In this document: positions 43,887 to 54,226 of the stretch, one piece after another | Position numbering within the stretch: the stretch's first letter is position 1 | Layout of the letters: each line of letters starts with the position of its first letter | Assembly (NCBI GenBank): GCA_035651955.1 | Contig: DASRES010000015.1 | Span: forward strand, 70,208 to 134,207 | Source: Acidimicrobiia bacterium | GTDB lineage: Bacteria; Actinomycetota; Acidimicrobiia; IMCC26256; JAMXLJ01 | Direction of reading: 5' to 3' | Length of the DNA: 64,000 nt | Notes under the pieces: generated by a model | The model's input: the letters and a program-made list of their open reading frames with translations, nothing else | What the model was told of the DNA's origin: nothing | Database searches by the model: none | Program-made: the position numbers and the translations under genes

Positions 43887-44723
43887 ATGGTGCTCACCCC
43901 CGACGCGGCGCTGCTCACCGGCAAGGTCGCCGTCGTGACCGGCGGCGGAGGCGGTATCGGCCGGGGCATCAGCGAGGCGTTCGCCGCGCACGGTGCGCGT
44001 GTCGTCGTCGCGGAGATCGACGAGGAGCGCGCCCGCGCGACCGTCGACGCGATCGGCGCGCGCGGAGACGGCGAGGCGCGCGCGTCCGTCGTGGACGTGC
44101 GCCAGCGCGCGGACGTCGACCGTCTCGCGCGCGAGACGTATGACGCGTTCGGCCGCTGCGACGTCCTCGTCAACAACGTCGGTCATTACCTGTACCGCGG
44201 GTTGCGCTTCCTCGACACCGACGAGGAGCAGTGGGACGCGCTCTACGCGGTGAACCTGAAGCACGTGTTCCTGTGCACGAAGGCGTTCGCGCCCGGGATG
44301 GTCGCGCAGCGCTCCGGGAGCATCGTCAACGTGTCGACGGTCGAGGCGTTCCGTGGGATCCCCAACCAGGTCGTGTACTCGGCGTTCAAGGCAGGGATCA
44401 CGCAGTTCACGAAGAGCCTCGCCCTGGACCTCGGGAACGACGGCGTGCGGGTCAACGCGATCGCGCCCGACCTCACCGAGACGCTGCAGGTCCCGTACGG
44501 CCGCTGGGTCGCTCCTGATCAGCGGCATCTCATCCCCACCTGGGTCCCCGTCGGGCGCTTCGGCACGCCCGACGACCTCGCCGGCTGCGCCGTGTTCCTC
44601 GCGTCGGACCTGTCCGCGTTCGTCACCGGGACGACGATCCACGCCGACGGTGGGAGCCTCGCGGCCGGTGGCTGGTTCCGCACCGAGCGGGGCGGGTGGA
44701 CGAACCGGCCGCTCGCGCCCTGA
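43887..44723 (+). CDS. SDR-family oxidoreductase
   Basis: ATG 43887. Motifs: VTGGGGGIGRGI, NNVG, YSAFKAG. Confidence 0.9.
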   Translation: MVLTPDAALLTGKVAVVTGGGGGIGRGISEAFAAHGARVVVAEIDEERARATVDAIGARGDGEARASVVDVRQRADVDRLARETYDAFGRCDVLVNNVGHYLYRGLRFLDTDEEQWDALYAVNLKHVFLCTKAFAPGMVAQRSGSIVNVSTVEAFRGIPNQVVYSAFKAGITQFTKSLALDLGNDGVRVNAIAPDLTETLQVPYGRWVAPDQRHLIPTWVPVGRFGTPDDLAGCAVFLASDLSAFVTGTTIHADGGSLAAGGWFRTERGGWTNRPLAP

Positions 44724-44753
44724 GCGGGGCCCGGCGCCCGCGACAATCGTGGG

Positions 44754-45287
44754 ATGCCGGACCCCTTGCTGCGGCGGTTGCTCGACGAGCGTGAGATCCG
44801 CGACGTGCTCATGCGCTACTGCCGCGGGATCGACCGCATGGACGTCGAGCTCGTCCGGTCCTGCTACCACGACGACGCGACCGACTCCCACGGCTCGTTC
44901 CGCGGCACGGTCGACGAGTTCGTCACGTGGGTGTGGCGCGTCCTCGAGCGCTACACCTCGACGATGCATCTCCTCGGCAACGTGCTCGTCGAGCACGTGA
45001 ACGACGACGTCGCGCACGTCGAGAGCTACGGCATCGCGTTCCATCACACGGAGGGCGGCGAGGAGCGCGGCAACCTCGTGACCGGGTTCCGCTACGTCGA
45101 CGACTTCGAACGCCGCGACGTCGACGGCACGCCGTCGTGGCGGATCGCGCGCAGGACCGCGGTCACCGAGTGGGTACGCGTCGCGCGCGCCGACGATGCG
45201 TGGCCGATCCCGGCCGGGATGATCACGGGCCGGCGTGATCGCGGCGATCCCGTCTACCGCGACGCCGGCGTTCGCGGCGGGCGCTGA
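44754..45287 (+). CDS. NTF2-like (SnoaL_4) family protein
   Basis: 177 aa. Contains IRDVLMRYCRGIDRMDVELVRSCYHDDATDSHG. Confidence 0.8.
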   Translation: MPDPLLRRLLDEREIRDVLMRYCRGIDRMDVELVRSCYHDDATDSHGSFRGTVDEFVTWVWRVLERYTSTMHLLGNVLVEHVNDDVAHVESYGIAFHHTEGGEERGNLVTGFRYVDDFERRDVDGTPSWRIARRTAVTEWVRVARADDAWPIPAGMITGRRDRGDPVYRDAGVRGGR

Positions 45288-45292
45288 CGCCG

Positions 45293-47383
45293 GTGGCCTC
45301 CCGCTTTCCTCGCGGCCCGCGCGGCGCGCGCCGCCTGACCCCCGTCGAGCTGGCCGAGGCCGCGGTCCTCATCGACGTCTCGCTCGTGCTGTGCGTGCTC
45401 GGCTGGCTGCTGCCGTACGGCGGCGCATTCTTCGTGACGTCCGCGGTGCCCGTCGTGGCGCTCGCGGCCCGTCAGCGGCTGCGGGCCGTGGTCGTCGGCC
45501 TCGTCGCGGGGTGCGCGCTCGCGTTCATCGTGGGCGGCACCGGGCTCACGATCAGCTTCGTCGAGTTCGGCGTGCTCGGGGCGTTCGTCGGATGGGGGAG
45601 ACGGCGCGCATGGGGCCGGGCGCGCACCGTCGCCGTCACCGTCGCGGTCGTCTGGCCGATCGGCGCGGCAATCACCGTCGCCGCGCTGCAGGTGTTCTCG
45701 GACCTGCGCCGGCTCACGTTCGACCAGGTCCGGAACTCGTGGTCGGGCGTCGCGCGCATCCTGCGCAACCTCGGCTTCGAGCAGCTCGCGCACGCCGGCG
45801 ACGTCGTCGTGTCGTGGTCGATCCGCCACTGGTACTTCGTCGTTCCCGCGGTCGAGGCCCTGGTGCTCATTGCGGTCACCTGGGTCGCGCAGACGCTGTC
45901 TCATGCGGTCGTGCCGCGCGTCGTCGTCGGCCGCCCGCACGCGCGCCTCGGCATCACCGACCGCGACGGCCGTCGCGGAACGAGCACCTCCGACGGACAG
46001 GCCGGACCCGTCCCCGCGCGGCTCGTCGACGTCACGTTCCGCTATCCCGGCGAGGCGCGCGCCGCGCTCGACCGCGTCTCGTTGACGGTCGAGACCGGAC
46101 GGTTCGTCGCCGTGACCGGTCCGAACGGCGCCGGGAAGTCGAGCCTGTCGCGCGTCCTGGCCGGCGCGGCGCTCGAGTCGGGCACGATCGAGCGGCCGGG
46201 TGCAGTCGCACTCGGACGGCCCCACGGCACCGCGATGCTGTTCCAGCGGCCCGAGAGCCAGGTGCTCGGCGTGCGTGTCCGCGACGACGTCGTGTGGGGG
46301 CTCCGGTACGACGACGCGACTGCCGTCGACGTCGATGCACTCCTCGCGCAGGTCGGGCTCGCGGGGCTGGCCGACCGCGAGACCTCGACGCTGTCCGGTG
46401 GCGAGCTCCAACGACTCGCGCTGGCGAGCGCCCTTGCACGCGCGCCCGCGCTCCTCGTGTCGGACGAGTCGACCGCGATGGTCGACACCGCGGGCCGTCG
46501 GCGCCTGCTCGACCTGCTGCGGGGTCTCACCTCACGCGGCACGACGGTTGTCCACGTGACGCACCGCTACGGCGAGATCGACCCCGGCGACGGGCTGCTG
46601 CGCGTCGAGCGGGGGCGCGTCATCGCCGGCGCGGCGCCGCCGCCGTCACCCGAGGCGACGATCGCGGTGCCGGTCGCGGGTCCCGGCGCGCCGGTCCTGG
46701 AGGTGCGCGACGCCGGGTTCGTGTACTCGCCGGGCACGCCCTGGGAGCACCGCGCGCTGCAACACGTCACGACGACCGTGCGCGAGGGCGAGACCGTCCT
46801 CGTGCTCGGCGCGAACGGCTCCGGGAAGTCGACGCTCGCGTGGCTGCTCGCGGGGTTGCTCCACCCGACCGAGGGCGAGGTCCTCCTCGATGGCGACGCG
46901 GCGACCCGCCACGTGGGTGCGGTCGGGCTCGCGTTCCAGCACGCGCGGCTGCAGCTCCTCCGGCCGACCGTGCGCGGCGAGCTCGCCGTCGTCGCGCCCG
47001 ACGAGGGCTCGCTCGTGCGGGCGCTGGCCGAGGTCGGGCTGGACGCCTCGATCGCGGGCCGGCCGATCGACGCGCTCTCGGGTGGGCAGCAGCGTCGCGC
47101 CCTCCTCGCCCGACTGCTCGCGACCGGGACCCGTGTGCTCGTCCTCGACGAGCCGTTCGCCGGTCTCGACGACGACGCGCGGGTCGCCCTGGCGCAGGTC
47201 CTCGCCCGGCTGCGCGCGACGCGCGCCGTCGCGACGGTCGTCGTGTCGCACGACCTCGACGACGCCGTGCCGTTCGCAGACCGCGTCGTCGGGCTGCGCG
47301 ACGGCCGTCTCGTGCTCGACGAGCCGGTTGGGTCGTTCGACCGCTCCGCGGTCTCGGAGCTCGTCGCGGACGTGCGTCCATGA
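45293..47383 (+). CDS. ECF-type transporter: N-terminal multi-TM domain fused to duplicated ABC ATPase (EcfA1-EcfA2)
   Basis: 696 aa. About 210 hydrophobic N-terminal residues, then two cassettes (GPNGAGKSS...LSGGELQR and GANGSGKST...LSGGQQRR). Confidence 0.88.
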   Translation: MASRFPRGPRGARRLTPVELAEAAVLIDVSLVLCVLGWLLPYGGAFFVTSAVPVVALAARQRLRAVVVGLVAGCALAFIVGGTGLTISFVEFGVLGAFVGWGRRRAWGRARTVAVTVAVVWPIGAAITVAALQVFSDLRRLTFDQVRNSWSGVARILRNLGFEQLAHAGDVVVSWSIRHWYFVVPAVEALVLIAVTWVAQTLSHAVVPRVVVGRPHARLGITDRDGRRGTSTSDGQAGPVPARLVDVTFRYPGEARAALDRVSLTVETGRFVAVTGPNGAGKSSLSRVLAGAALESGTIERPGAVALGRPHGTAMLFQRPESQVLGVRVRDDVVWGLRYDDATAVDVDALLAQVGLAGLADRETSTLSGGELQRLALASALARAPALLVSDESTAMVDTAGRRRLLDLLRGLTSRGTTVVHVTHRYGEIDPGDGLLRVERGRVIAGAAPPPSPEATIAVPVAGPGAPVLEVRDAGFVYSPGTPWEHRALQHVTTTVREGETVLVLGANGSGKSTLAWLLAGLLHPTEGEVLLDGDAATRHVGAVGLAFQHARLQLLRPTVRGELAVVAPDEGSLVRALAEVGLDASIAGRPIDALSGGQQRRALLARLLATGTRVLVLDEPFAGLDDDARVALAQVLARLRATRAVATVVVSHDLDDAVPFADRVVGLRDGRLVLDEPVGSFDRSAVSELVADVRP

Positions 47384-48183
47384 GCGCGAGGACGCGTGAC
47401 GTCCACGTCTTCCGCTACGTCGCGGTCGACTCACCCGTCCACCGGCTGTGGGCCGGCACGAAGCTGCTCGCCGTCGCCGGCGCGGGCGTCGCGTTGTCGC
47501 TGCGCCCCGAGTGGCCCGCGATCGCGCTGGTCGGCGCGCTCGTCGTGGCCGGCGCGCTCGTCGCGCGGCTGCCGGGCGGCGTGCTCCCGCGCGTCCCGCG
47601 CTGGTTCGTCGTGCTGCTCCTTCTCGGTGGCGCTGCGGCTGCGCTCGCGTCGACGAAGCCGCCCTACGTCACGGTGCTCGGCATCTCGTGGAGCGGCGGC
47701 GCGCTCGAGCAGTGGGTGAGGTTCTTCGTGCTCGGCGTCGTCCTGCTCGGCGCGGCCGCGCTCGTCACGTGGACGACGAACATGGCCGAGCTCGCGCCCG
47801 CCATCCGCGCGCTGCTCACGCCGCTGGGCTGGGTGCGCGTCCCCGTCGACGACATGGCCGTGACGATCGCGCTGTGCGCACGCTGCCTGCCGCTGCTGCT
47901 CGACGATTCGCGCACGATGCTCGCCGCGCGGCGGCTGCGCCCGCGCCCGTACTACGACAGCCGGCGCGCCCGCTTCCGGGCCGAGCTGCGCGAGCCCGTC
48001 GACCTCCTCGTCGCCGCGCTGACCGTCTCACTGCGGCGCGCGCACGAGCTCGCCGACGCGATGGAGGCGCGCGGAGGCACCGCGAACGTCACGACGGGCC
48101 GCTCGCGGATCGCGAGCCGCGACGTCATCGCGCTCGCGATCGTCGCCGCGGTGCTGACCGCCGCGATCCTCGTCCCGATCTAG
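47380..48183 (+). CDS. ecfT: ECF transporter transmembrane (T) component, CbiQ family
   Basis: ATGA overlap with the ATPase gene. Contains SPVHRLWAGTKLL and ARRLRP...EARG coupling-helix motifs. Confidence 0.85.
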   Translation: MSARTRDVHVFRYVAVDSPVHRLWAGTKLLAVAGAGVALSLRPEWPAIALVGALVVAGALVARLPGGVLPRVPRWFVVLLLLGGAAAALASTKPPYVTVLGISWSGGALEQWVRFFVLGVVLLGAAALVTWTTNMAELAPAIRALLTPLGWVRVPVDDMAVTIALCARCLPLLLDDSRTMLAARRLRPRPYYDSRRARFRAELREPVDLLVAALTVSLRRAHELADAMEARGGTANVTTGRSRIASRDVIALAIVAAVLTAAILVPI

Positions 48184-48932
48184 GACGCGGTCGGGGAACT
48201 CGGGTCGGCGCTGGGGGATCGTCGAGCCCGAACGAAGACCTCTCTCGCACGACGGCGACCGGTGCGGGGCGCGTCGCACTTCCCGATCACGGTCCACCCC
48301 GCCGCCGCGATCGCGCGGCTGGCGAGACGGACGCCGTGCTCGATGTCTTCGTCGGACGCGGCCAGCGTCCCCCGGCGGAGCTCGAACGTCGGCTTCACGA
48401 GCGCGACGAGATCCGCATCGGGCGCGATGCGGCACCCCGCCAACTGCCGCACAGCCTCAGCGAGCGCGAGATGGCCGATGTCGATCGTGACGACATCGAT
48501 CGTGTCCGGCACCGTTTCGTGGTCGAGCGCGGCGAAGTTCGTCCGTTCGAGGTTGACGACACGCTCGTCCACACGCAGCACGCCGCGGAGCTGGCCGACG
48601 CCGACCTCGACGGCGTACACGCGGCGGGCGCCCCGTTCGAGCAGGACCGTCGTGAAGCCGCCGGCGTTCGCGCCGGCGTCGAGCGCGACGCGCCCCGCGA
48701 CGACGAGGTCGAACGCGTCCAGCGCGTCAGCGAGCTTGCGCGCACCGCGCAGCCGTCGCGGTTCCTGCACACGGACCGACGCGTCCGCGCGCACGAGCGC
48801 TCGTGGATTCGCGACGACACGACCGTCCACGAACACGCGACCGTCGGTGACGGCGCTGGGCTCGACGTCGGGTCGTACGCGTGCGAGCAGGTGGACGAGC
48901 GCGACGAAGCGCGCCCGACGTCGTCTCGGCAT
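48180..48932 (-). CDS. tlyA: TlyA-family rRNA 2'-O-methyltransferase
   Basis: 250 aa with a degenerate S4-like N-terminus. FtsJ SAM motif LDAGANAGGFTTVLLERGA and KPTFE. Its stop shares the CTAG tetranucleotide with the ecfT stop. Confidence 0.85.
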   Translation of the reverse strand: MPRRRRARFVALVHLLARVRPDVEPSAVTDGRVFVDGRVVANPRALVRADASVRVQEPRRLRGARKLADALDAFDLVVAGRVALDAGANAGGFTTVLLERGARRVYAVEVGVGQLRGVLRVDERVVNLERTNFAALDHETVPDTIDVVTIDIGHLALAEAVRQLAGCRIAPDADLVALVKPTFELRRGTLAASDEDIEHGVRLASRAIAAAGWTVIGKCDAPRTGRRRAREVFVRARRSPSADPSSPTAS

Positions 48933-49059
48933 GTGGCCTCCCGGGACTCGGCTCCGACGAGGGACCGAGCCCGGCGGGGGGCCACGCGCCCGGGCGGCGA
49001 CTCACACGTAACGGAACGGCACAGCGCCAGGATGCACGCCGCGCGTGACGACGGCAACC

Positions 49060-49077
49060 GCGGTCCCGCGGGACCGC
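49060..49077 (-). terminator. 18-nt GC palindrome 14 nt downstream of the PilZ gene stop
   Basis: GCGGTCCCGCGGGACCGC. Confidence 0.35.
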
Positions 49078-49090
49078 CGGTCCACGAGTC

Positions 49091-49756
49091 CTAGACGGAC
49101 TGCAGCTCCTGGACGAGTCCCGCCAGGCGGCGCTCGGTGAGCTCCGGCATCGTGGCGAACGCGACGTGCGCGTAGTGCGTGCCGGCGGCGTCGACGCGCG
49201 ACCCGACGACGAGCGCGCGCACCGTCAGCATCGCGTCCGCATCCGCGAGCCCCGGGTCGTCACGAAGGTCGATCGTCTCGGGATCGACGACGTCGAGCTC
49301 GACCACGTCGCCGACCGACAGGTCGACGCCCGCGAGCAGCATGCCGCCCTGTCCGAGGTCGCACGCGCGGCCGGGGAGCGTCGGGTCGACACCGTTGGGT
49401 CGCAAGCGCTGGACGCGTACCGGCAGGCGGCACGCGACCCGCGGGTGCGCGCGACGTTCGCGCACGTCGAGGACGCGCGGGCGCGTGCACTCGACCCACG
49501 TCGTGCCGGACTGCACGAGCGTGGCGGGCGCGGCCCACACGCGCCCGTCGTTCAGCACCTCGAGCCGCAGCGCGCGTCCCGCGACCCAGTCGCCAGGCAG
49601 CGCGTCGACGAGCCGGATCCGCACCGTCCGCCCGGTCGTGAGCGCGACGACACCGAGGCACACGTCCTCCGCGCGCTCGGGGTCGACGAGGCGGACGTGG
49701 TTGCCCGTCGCGAGCAACGTCGTCGCGGACGGCGGGACGGGCTCCTTCGTCAGCAT
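49091..49756 (-). CDS. PilZ domain protein (putative c-di-GMP receptor)
   Basis: ATG 49756 follows SD GGAGGGGAG. ERRAHPRV matches RxxxR and DLGQGGM matches D/NxSxxG. Confidence 0.75.
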   Translation of the reverse strand: MLTKEPVPPSATTLLATGNHVRLVDPERAEDVCLGVVALTTGRTVRIRLVDALPGDWVAGRALRLEVLNDGRVWAAPATLVQSGTTWVECTRPRVLDVRERRAHPRVACRLPVRVQRLRPNGVDPTLPGRACDLGQGGMLLAGVDLSVGDVVELDVVDPETIDLRDDPGLADADAMLTVRALVVGSRVDAAGTHYAHVAFATMPELTERRLAGLVQELQSV

Positions 49757-49846
49757 GCGTGCGCTCCCCTCCGGTCGGACCCCGGACCGGGCCAGGCTAG
49801 CGACGTCCGCGCCCCCCGTCGGACGCCGCGCGCGCACCGTGAGGAT

Positions 49847-51526
49847 CTAGAGCTTCGCGAGCTCTGCGCGCAGCTGGTCGAGCCCCATGGGGCCGAGGTC
49901 GAGCGCGGCGCGGTGGAACGCCTTGAGGTCGAACGCGTCACCGTGGCGCGCCCGGGCGTCGTCGCGCGCCGCGAGCCAGACCCGCTCGCCGACCTTGTAG
50001 CTGATCGCCTGGCCCGGCCACCCGAGGTACCGGTCGACCTCGCTGGCCATGAACTCCTCCGGGAAGCGGCTGCGCTCGATCACGAACGGGAGGGCGAGCT
50101 CCGGGGTCCAACGCTCGCCCGGGTGGTACCGCTCGTCACTGGGGATCGGCAGCTCGAGGTGCATGCCGATGTCGACGACGACGCGCACCGAGCGCATGGC
50201 CTGCGCGCGCAGCATCCCGAGCTCGTAGTCGGGCACGTCGAGGTAGCCGAGCTCGCCCATGAGCCGCTCCGCGTACAGCGCCCAGCCCTCGCCGTGCCCG
50301 CTCGTCCACCCGATCGTGCGTTGGAACCGCGTGAGCTGATCCGCGAGGAAGACGACCTGCGCGACCTGCAGGTGATGACCCGGGACGCCCTCGTGGTACG
50401 CGATCGAGACCTCGCCCCACAGCGGGAAGCGCGTGCGTCCCTGGGTCGGATACCAGGTGCGACCGGGACGGGAGAAGTCCTCGGCGGGCGGTGTGTAGTA
50501 CATGGCGGCCGCGCCGCCGGGCGGGGCGATCATCGCCTCGACCGTCTTCACGGGCTCGGGGATGTCGAAGTGCACGCCGTCGAGCTCCGCGATCGTGCGG
50601 TCCATCAGGTCCTGCAGCCAGCGGCGCAGGTTCTCCTCGCCCTCGATCGCGCGACCCGGGTCGCGCTCGAGGAGGTCGATGACCTCGCCGACGCTCGCGC
50701 CCGGGAGGATGCGCTCGCCGACCCTCGCCATCTGGTCCTCGATCCGGTGCAGCTCCTCCCAGCCCCACGCGTACGTCTCGTCGAGGTCGAGCTTGGTGCC
50801 CGTGAACGACTCCGCCCAGCTCGCGTACCGGTCGGGGCCGACGGCGTCACGCTCGTCGGCGCGCGGGGCGTACTCGTCACGCAGGTAGCGGGCGAGCGCG
50901 GCGTACGCATCGGTCGCGGCGTCGACGCGCGCCGCGAGCTCGCGGCGCGCGGTCGCGTCGGCCCGGCCGGTCGCGTCGTAGCGCTCGAGCAGCCGCGCGA
51001 AGAACGGCGTCGTGCCGTCCTCGAGGCCGCCCCATCCCGCGGCCTGCTCCGCGCAGGCCAGCGCCTGACGACGGGCGGCGACGACGCCGCGCCGGATGCC
51101 TGCGTCGAGCGACTCGCGGAGGCTCTGCAGCGCCGCGGGAACGCGCGCAACGCGCGCGGACACCGTCTCCCAGTCGTCGTCCGTGTCGTACGCCATGAGG
51201 TCGAAGCACTGGCGCACGCCCTGTACCGGGCTGCCGATGACGCGCAGGTCGCGCAGGCGCTCGCCCATGTCGTGCTGCGCGAGCGCGACCTGCAGCCGCT
51301 CGCGCATGACGTCGGCCGCGACGCGGTCGCGGTCGTCGCGCACGTCGGCGGCGTCGAGCGCGGCGAGCGCGTGGCGGTCGGCGTCCGCGCGCTCGTCGGC
51401 CGCGGCGGGGGAGTAGTCGGTCATCTCGTCGTCGTGGCCGCGGATGCCGTAGTCCGTGGCGCTCACGGGATCGAGACGGGCGAACGTCTCCACGTACTCG
51501 TCGGCGACGTCGAACACGGTGGGCAT
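49847..51526 (-). CDS. DUF885 family (metallopeptidase-like) protein
   Basis: ATG 51526 ([13 protein letters not shown]...). Motifs: [35 protein letters not shown]. Confidence 0.85.
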   Translation of the reverse strand: MPTVFDVADEYVETFARLDPVSATDYGIRGHDDEMTDYSPAAADERADADRHALAALDAADVRDDRDRVAADVMRERLQVALAQHDMGERLRDLRVIGSPVQGVRQCFDLMAYDTDDDWETVSARVARVPAALQSLRESLDAGIRRGVVAARRQALACAEQAAGWGGLEDGTTPFFARLLERYDATGRADATARRELAARVDAATDAYAALARYLRDEYAPRADERDAVGPDRYASWAESFTGTKLDLDETYAWGWEELHRIEDQMARVGERILPGASVGEVIDLLERDPGRAIEGEENLRRWLQDLMDRTIAELDGVHFDIPEPVKTVEAMIAPPGGAAAMYYTPPAEDFSRPGRTWYPTQGRTRFPLWGEVSIAYHEGVPGHHLQVAQVVFLADQLTRFQRTIGWTSGHGEGWALYAERLMGELGYLDVPDYELGMLRAQAMRSVRVVVDIGMHLELPIPSDERYHPGERWTPELALPFVIERSRFPEEFMASEVDRYLGWPGQAISYKVGERVWLAARDDARARHGDAFDLKAFHRAALDLGPMGLDQLRAELAKL

Positions 51527-51557
51527 GGGGAAAGTCTCCCATGGGAGGATGGCCGTC

Positions 51558-52964
51558 ATGCCGAAGAGCTCATCCCGCACCCGGCGTGAGACGGATTCCA
51601 TGGGCGCGATCGACGTGCCGGCGGACCGGTACTGGGGCGCGCAGACGCAACGGTCGCTGCACCACTTCTCGATCGCCGACGACCACATGCCCGCCGCGGT
51701 GATCCGCTCGATGGCCGTGCTCAAGAAGGCCGCCGCGCTCGTCAACCGGGACCTCGGCAAGCTGAGCGACGACGAGGCGCGGCTCATCGTGCAGGCCGCT
51801 GACGAGATCATCGCGGGGGAGCACGACGAGGAGTTCCCCCTCTACGTCTGGCAGACCGGCAGCGGCACGCAGACGAACATGAACGTGAACGAGGTGATCT
51901 CGAACCGCGCGATCGAGCTTGCCGACGGCGAGCGCGGGTCGAAGCACCCGATCCACCCGAACGACCACGTCAACATGTCGCAGTCGTCGAACGACACGTT
52001 CCCGACCGCGATGAACATCGCGGCGGTCGAGGAGGTGACGCACCGGCTGATCCCGTCGGTGCGCGCGCTGCGCGACTCGCTCGACGCGCGCGCCCGCGAC
52101 TTCGCCGACATCGTGAAGATCGGCCGTACGCACCTCCAGGACGCCGTCCCGCTCACGCTCGGTCAGGAGTTCAGCGGTTACGTCGCGCAGCTCGACGCCG
52201 ACATCGAGCGATTGCAGACGGTGTTGCCGTCGCTGTACGAGCTCGCGATCGGCGGCACGGCCGTCGGCACGGGGATCAACACGCACCCCGAGTTCGCCGA
52301 ACGCGCCGCGGCGAAGATCGCCGAGCTGACCGGCCTGCCGTTCGTGTCCGCGCCGAACAAGTTCGCCGCCCTCGCCGCGCACGACGGGCTGGTGATGGCG
52401 AGCGGCGCATTGCGCACGCTCGCGGTGTCGCTGATGAAGATCGCCAACGACGTTCGCTGGCTCGGCTCCGGCCCGCGCGCCGGCATCGGCGAGCTGTCGC
52501 TGCCCGAGAACGAGCCCGGGTCGTCGATCATGCCGGGCAAGGTCAACCCGACGCAGTCCGAAGCGATGACGATGGTGTGCGTGCAGGTGATCGGCAACGA
52601 CACCGCGGTCGCCATGGCCGGCTCGATGGGCAACTTCGAGCTCAACGTCTTCAAGCCCGTGATGATCTTCAACTTCCTGCACTCGGTGGACATGCTCACC
52701 GACGTGTGTCGCACGTTCCGCGAGTTCTGCATCGACGGGCTGCAACCGAACCGCGAGCGCATCGACGAGCACGTCCGCCAGTCGCTCATGCTGGTGACCG
52801 CGCTGAGCCCCGTCATCGGGTACGACAAGGCGGCCGAGATCGCGAAGAAGGCCCACCACGAGGGGACGACGTTGCGCGACGCCGCGCTCGCGCTCGGCTA
52901 CCTCACCGGCGACGAGTTCGACGCCGCCGTCCGCCCCGAGGACATGGTCCACCCGAAGGCGTAG
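51558..52964 (+). CDS. fumC: Class II fumarate hydratase
   Basis: Contains [16 protein letters not shown] and [22 protein letters not shown] 51558 lies 9 nt after GGGAGG; ATG 51549 is an alternative. Confidence 0.95.
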   Translation: MPKSSSRTRRETDSMGAIDVPADRYWGAQTQRSLHHFSIADDHMPAAVIRSMAVLKKAAALVNRDLGKLSDDEARLIVQAADEIIAGEHDEEFPLYVWQTGSGTQTNMNVNEVISNRAIELADGERGSKHPIHPNDHVNMSQSSNDTFPTAMNIAAVEEVTHRLIPSVRALRDSLDARARDFADIVKIGRTHLQDAVPLTLGQEFSGYVAQLDADIERLQTVLPSLYELAIGGTAVGTGINTHPEFAERAAAKIAELTGLPFVSAPNKFAALAAHDGLVMASGALRTLAVSLMKIANDVRWLGSGPRAGIGELSLPENEPGSSIMPGKVNPTQSEAMTMVCVQVIGNDTAVAMAGSMGNFELNVFKPVMIFNFLHSVDMLTDVCRTFREFCIDGLQPNRERIDEHVRQSLMLVTALSPVIGYDKAAEIAKKAHHEGTTLRDAALALGYLTGDEFDAAVRPEDMVHPKA

Positions 52965-52981
52965 CCGCCCAGCGTCTCGTT

Positions 52982-53021
52982 CTGTGCAGCGTCATCCACA
53001 CCATGTGTGTCTGACGCTTTC
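52982..53021 (+). repeat. Copy B of the ~40-nt AT-richer hairpin element (partner at 25715-25753)
   Basis: CTGTGCAGCGTCATCCACACCATGTGTGTCTGACGCTTTC. It begins 17 nt after the fumC stop. The AGCGTCA/TGACGCT base stem is joined to a CACAC/GTGTG upper stem. Confidence 0.75.
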
Positions 53022-53133
53022 GAAGAGCACCGGGCACGCAGGACACCGGCCGGGTGCGCGTGGCAGGCTCGCAATCCCTCCCTCGGCGTGCGACGTACCG
53101 CGAGACGCCGAACCGACGGACGAAGGAGCCGAC

Positions 53134-53625
53134 GTGACCATCTACGACACGCCCGTGCGCACGCTCGGGGGCACCGCCGCCTCGCTCGCCGACTACAAGG
53201 GCAAGGCGCTGCTGATCGTCAACGTCGCCTCGCAGTGCGGCCTGACGCCCCAGTACACGGGGCTGCAGCAGCTGCACGAGACCTACGGCGCCCGTGGGTT
53301 CGAGGTGCTCGGCTTCCCGTGCAACCAGTTCGGCGCGCAGGAGCCCGGGACACCCGACGAGATCGCGGAGTTCTGCTCGACGAACTACTCGGTCACGTTC
53401 CCACTGTTCGAGAAGATCGAGGTCAACGGGCCGGGCCGGCACCCGCTGTACGAGCAGCTGACCGCGACCGCCGACGGCGAGGGCAACGCCGGCGACGTGC
53501 AGTGGAACTTCGAGAAGTTCCTGATCTCGCCGGACGGCGAGGTGGTCGCCCGCTTCCGTCCCCTCGTCGCGCCGGACGACGCGCAGCTGACGAGCGCGAT
53601 CGAGGAGCAGCTGCCGGCGTCGTAG
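53134..53625 (+). CDS. Glutathione peroxidase family protein (Cys-type)
   Basis: GTG 53134 follows SD GAAGGAG. Motifs: NVASQCGLTPQY, FPCNQFG, WNFEKFLI. Confidence 0.92.
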   Translation: MTIYDTPVRTLGGTAASLADYKGKALLIVNVASQCGLTPQYTGLQQLHETYGARGFEVLGFPCNQFGAQEPGTPDEIAEFCSTNYSVTFPLFEKIEVNGPGRHPLYEQLTATADGEGNAGDVQWNFEKFLISPDGEVVARFRPLVAPDDAQLTSAIEEQLPAS

Positions 53626-53641
53626 CGACCCGCGGCGCCCG

Positions 53642-54226
53642 TCAGGCGAGCGCCGCGTACGGCGGTGCGGGGTCGTACTCCATCATCTTGCGGACACCGC
53701 GCGCGTGGTCGACGTCGTAGATCTGACCGACGACCCACAACGCCATGTCGATGCCCGCCGACACGCCCGCCGCGGTGACGACGTTGCCGTCGCGCACATA
53801 GCGCGCGTCATCGACGACGTCGACGCCGCGTTCGCGCAACGTGTCGACCATGGCCCAGTGTGTCGTGACGCGGCGCTCGTCGACGAGGCCGGCCGCGTGC
53901 AGGAGCAGCGCTCCTGTGCACACGCTCGTCACCCACGTGGCGGCAGCCGCGGCGCCGGCGAGCCAGCGGAGGAGCACCGGGTTGTCCACCTCGCGTCGCG
54001 TGCCGAACCCGCCCGGGACGACGACGACGTCGAGGTCGGGCGCGTCCGCGAAGGTGTGATCGGGGAGGATGCGCAGCCCCAGGTTCGCGGCGACGGGCTC
54101 GGCGCGCTCGGCGATGGTGACGACGCGGTCGCCGTCGCGGCGGGCCATCGCGAACACCTCCCACGGCCCGACGCAGTCGAGCTCCTCCATGCCCGGGAAC
54201 ACGAGGATGCCGGTCGTCAGCGCCAT
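53642..54226 (-). CDS. DJ-1/PfpI family protein
   Basis: ATG 54226 (MALTTGILVFPGMEELD). Nucleophile elbow SVCTGALLLHAAGL. The ATG shares its A with the glxA-like TGA stop (TGATG). Confidence 0.88.
   Translation of the reverse strand: MALTTGILVFPGMEELDCVGPWEVFAMARRDGDRVVTIAERAEPVAANLGLRILPDHTFADAPDLDVVVVPGGFGTRREVDNPVLLRWLAGAAAAATWVTSVCTGALLLHAAGLVDERRVTTHWAMVDTLRERGVDVVDDARYVRDGNVVTAAGVSAGIDMALWVVGQIYDVDHARGVRKMMEYDPAPPYAALA

Noticed and set aside
53134-53625. Selenocysteine-type glutathione peroxidase.
   Set aside because: The active-site codon is TGC (VASQCGLT). There is no in-frame TGA and no SECIS-like requirement.
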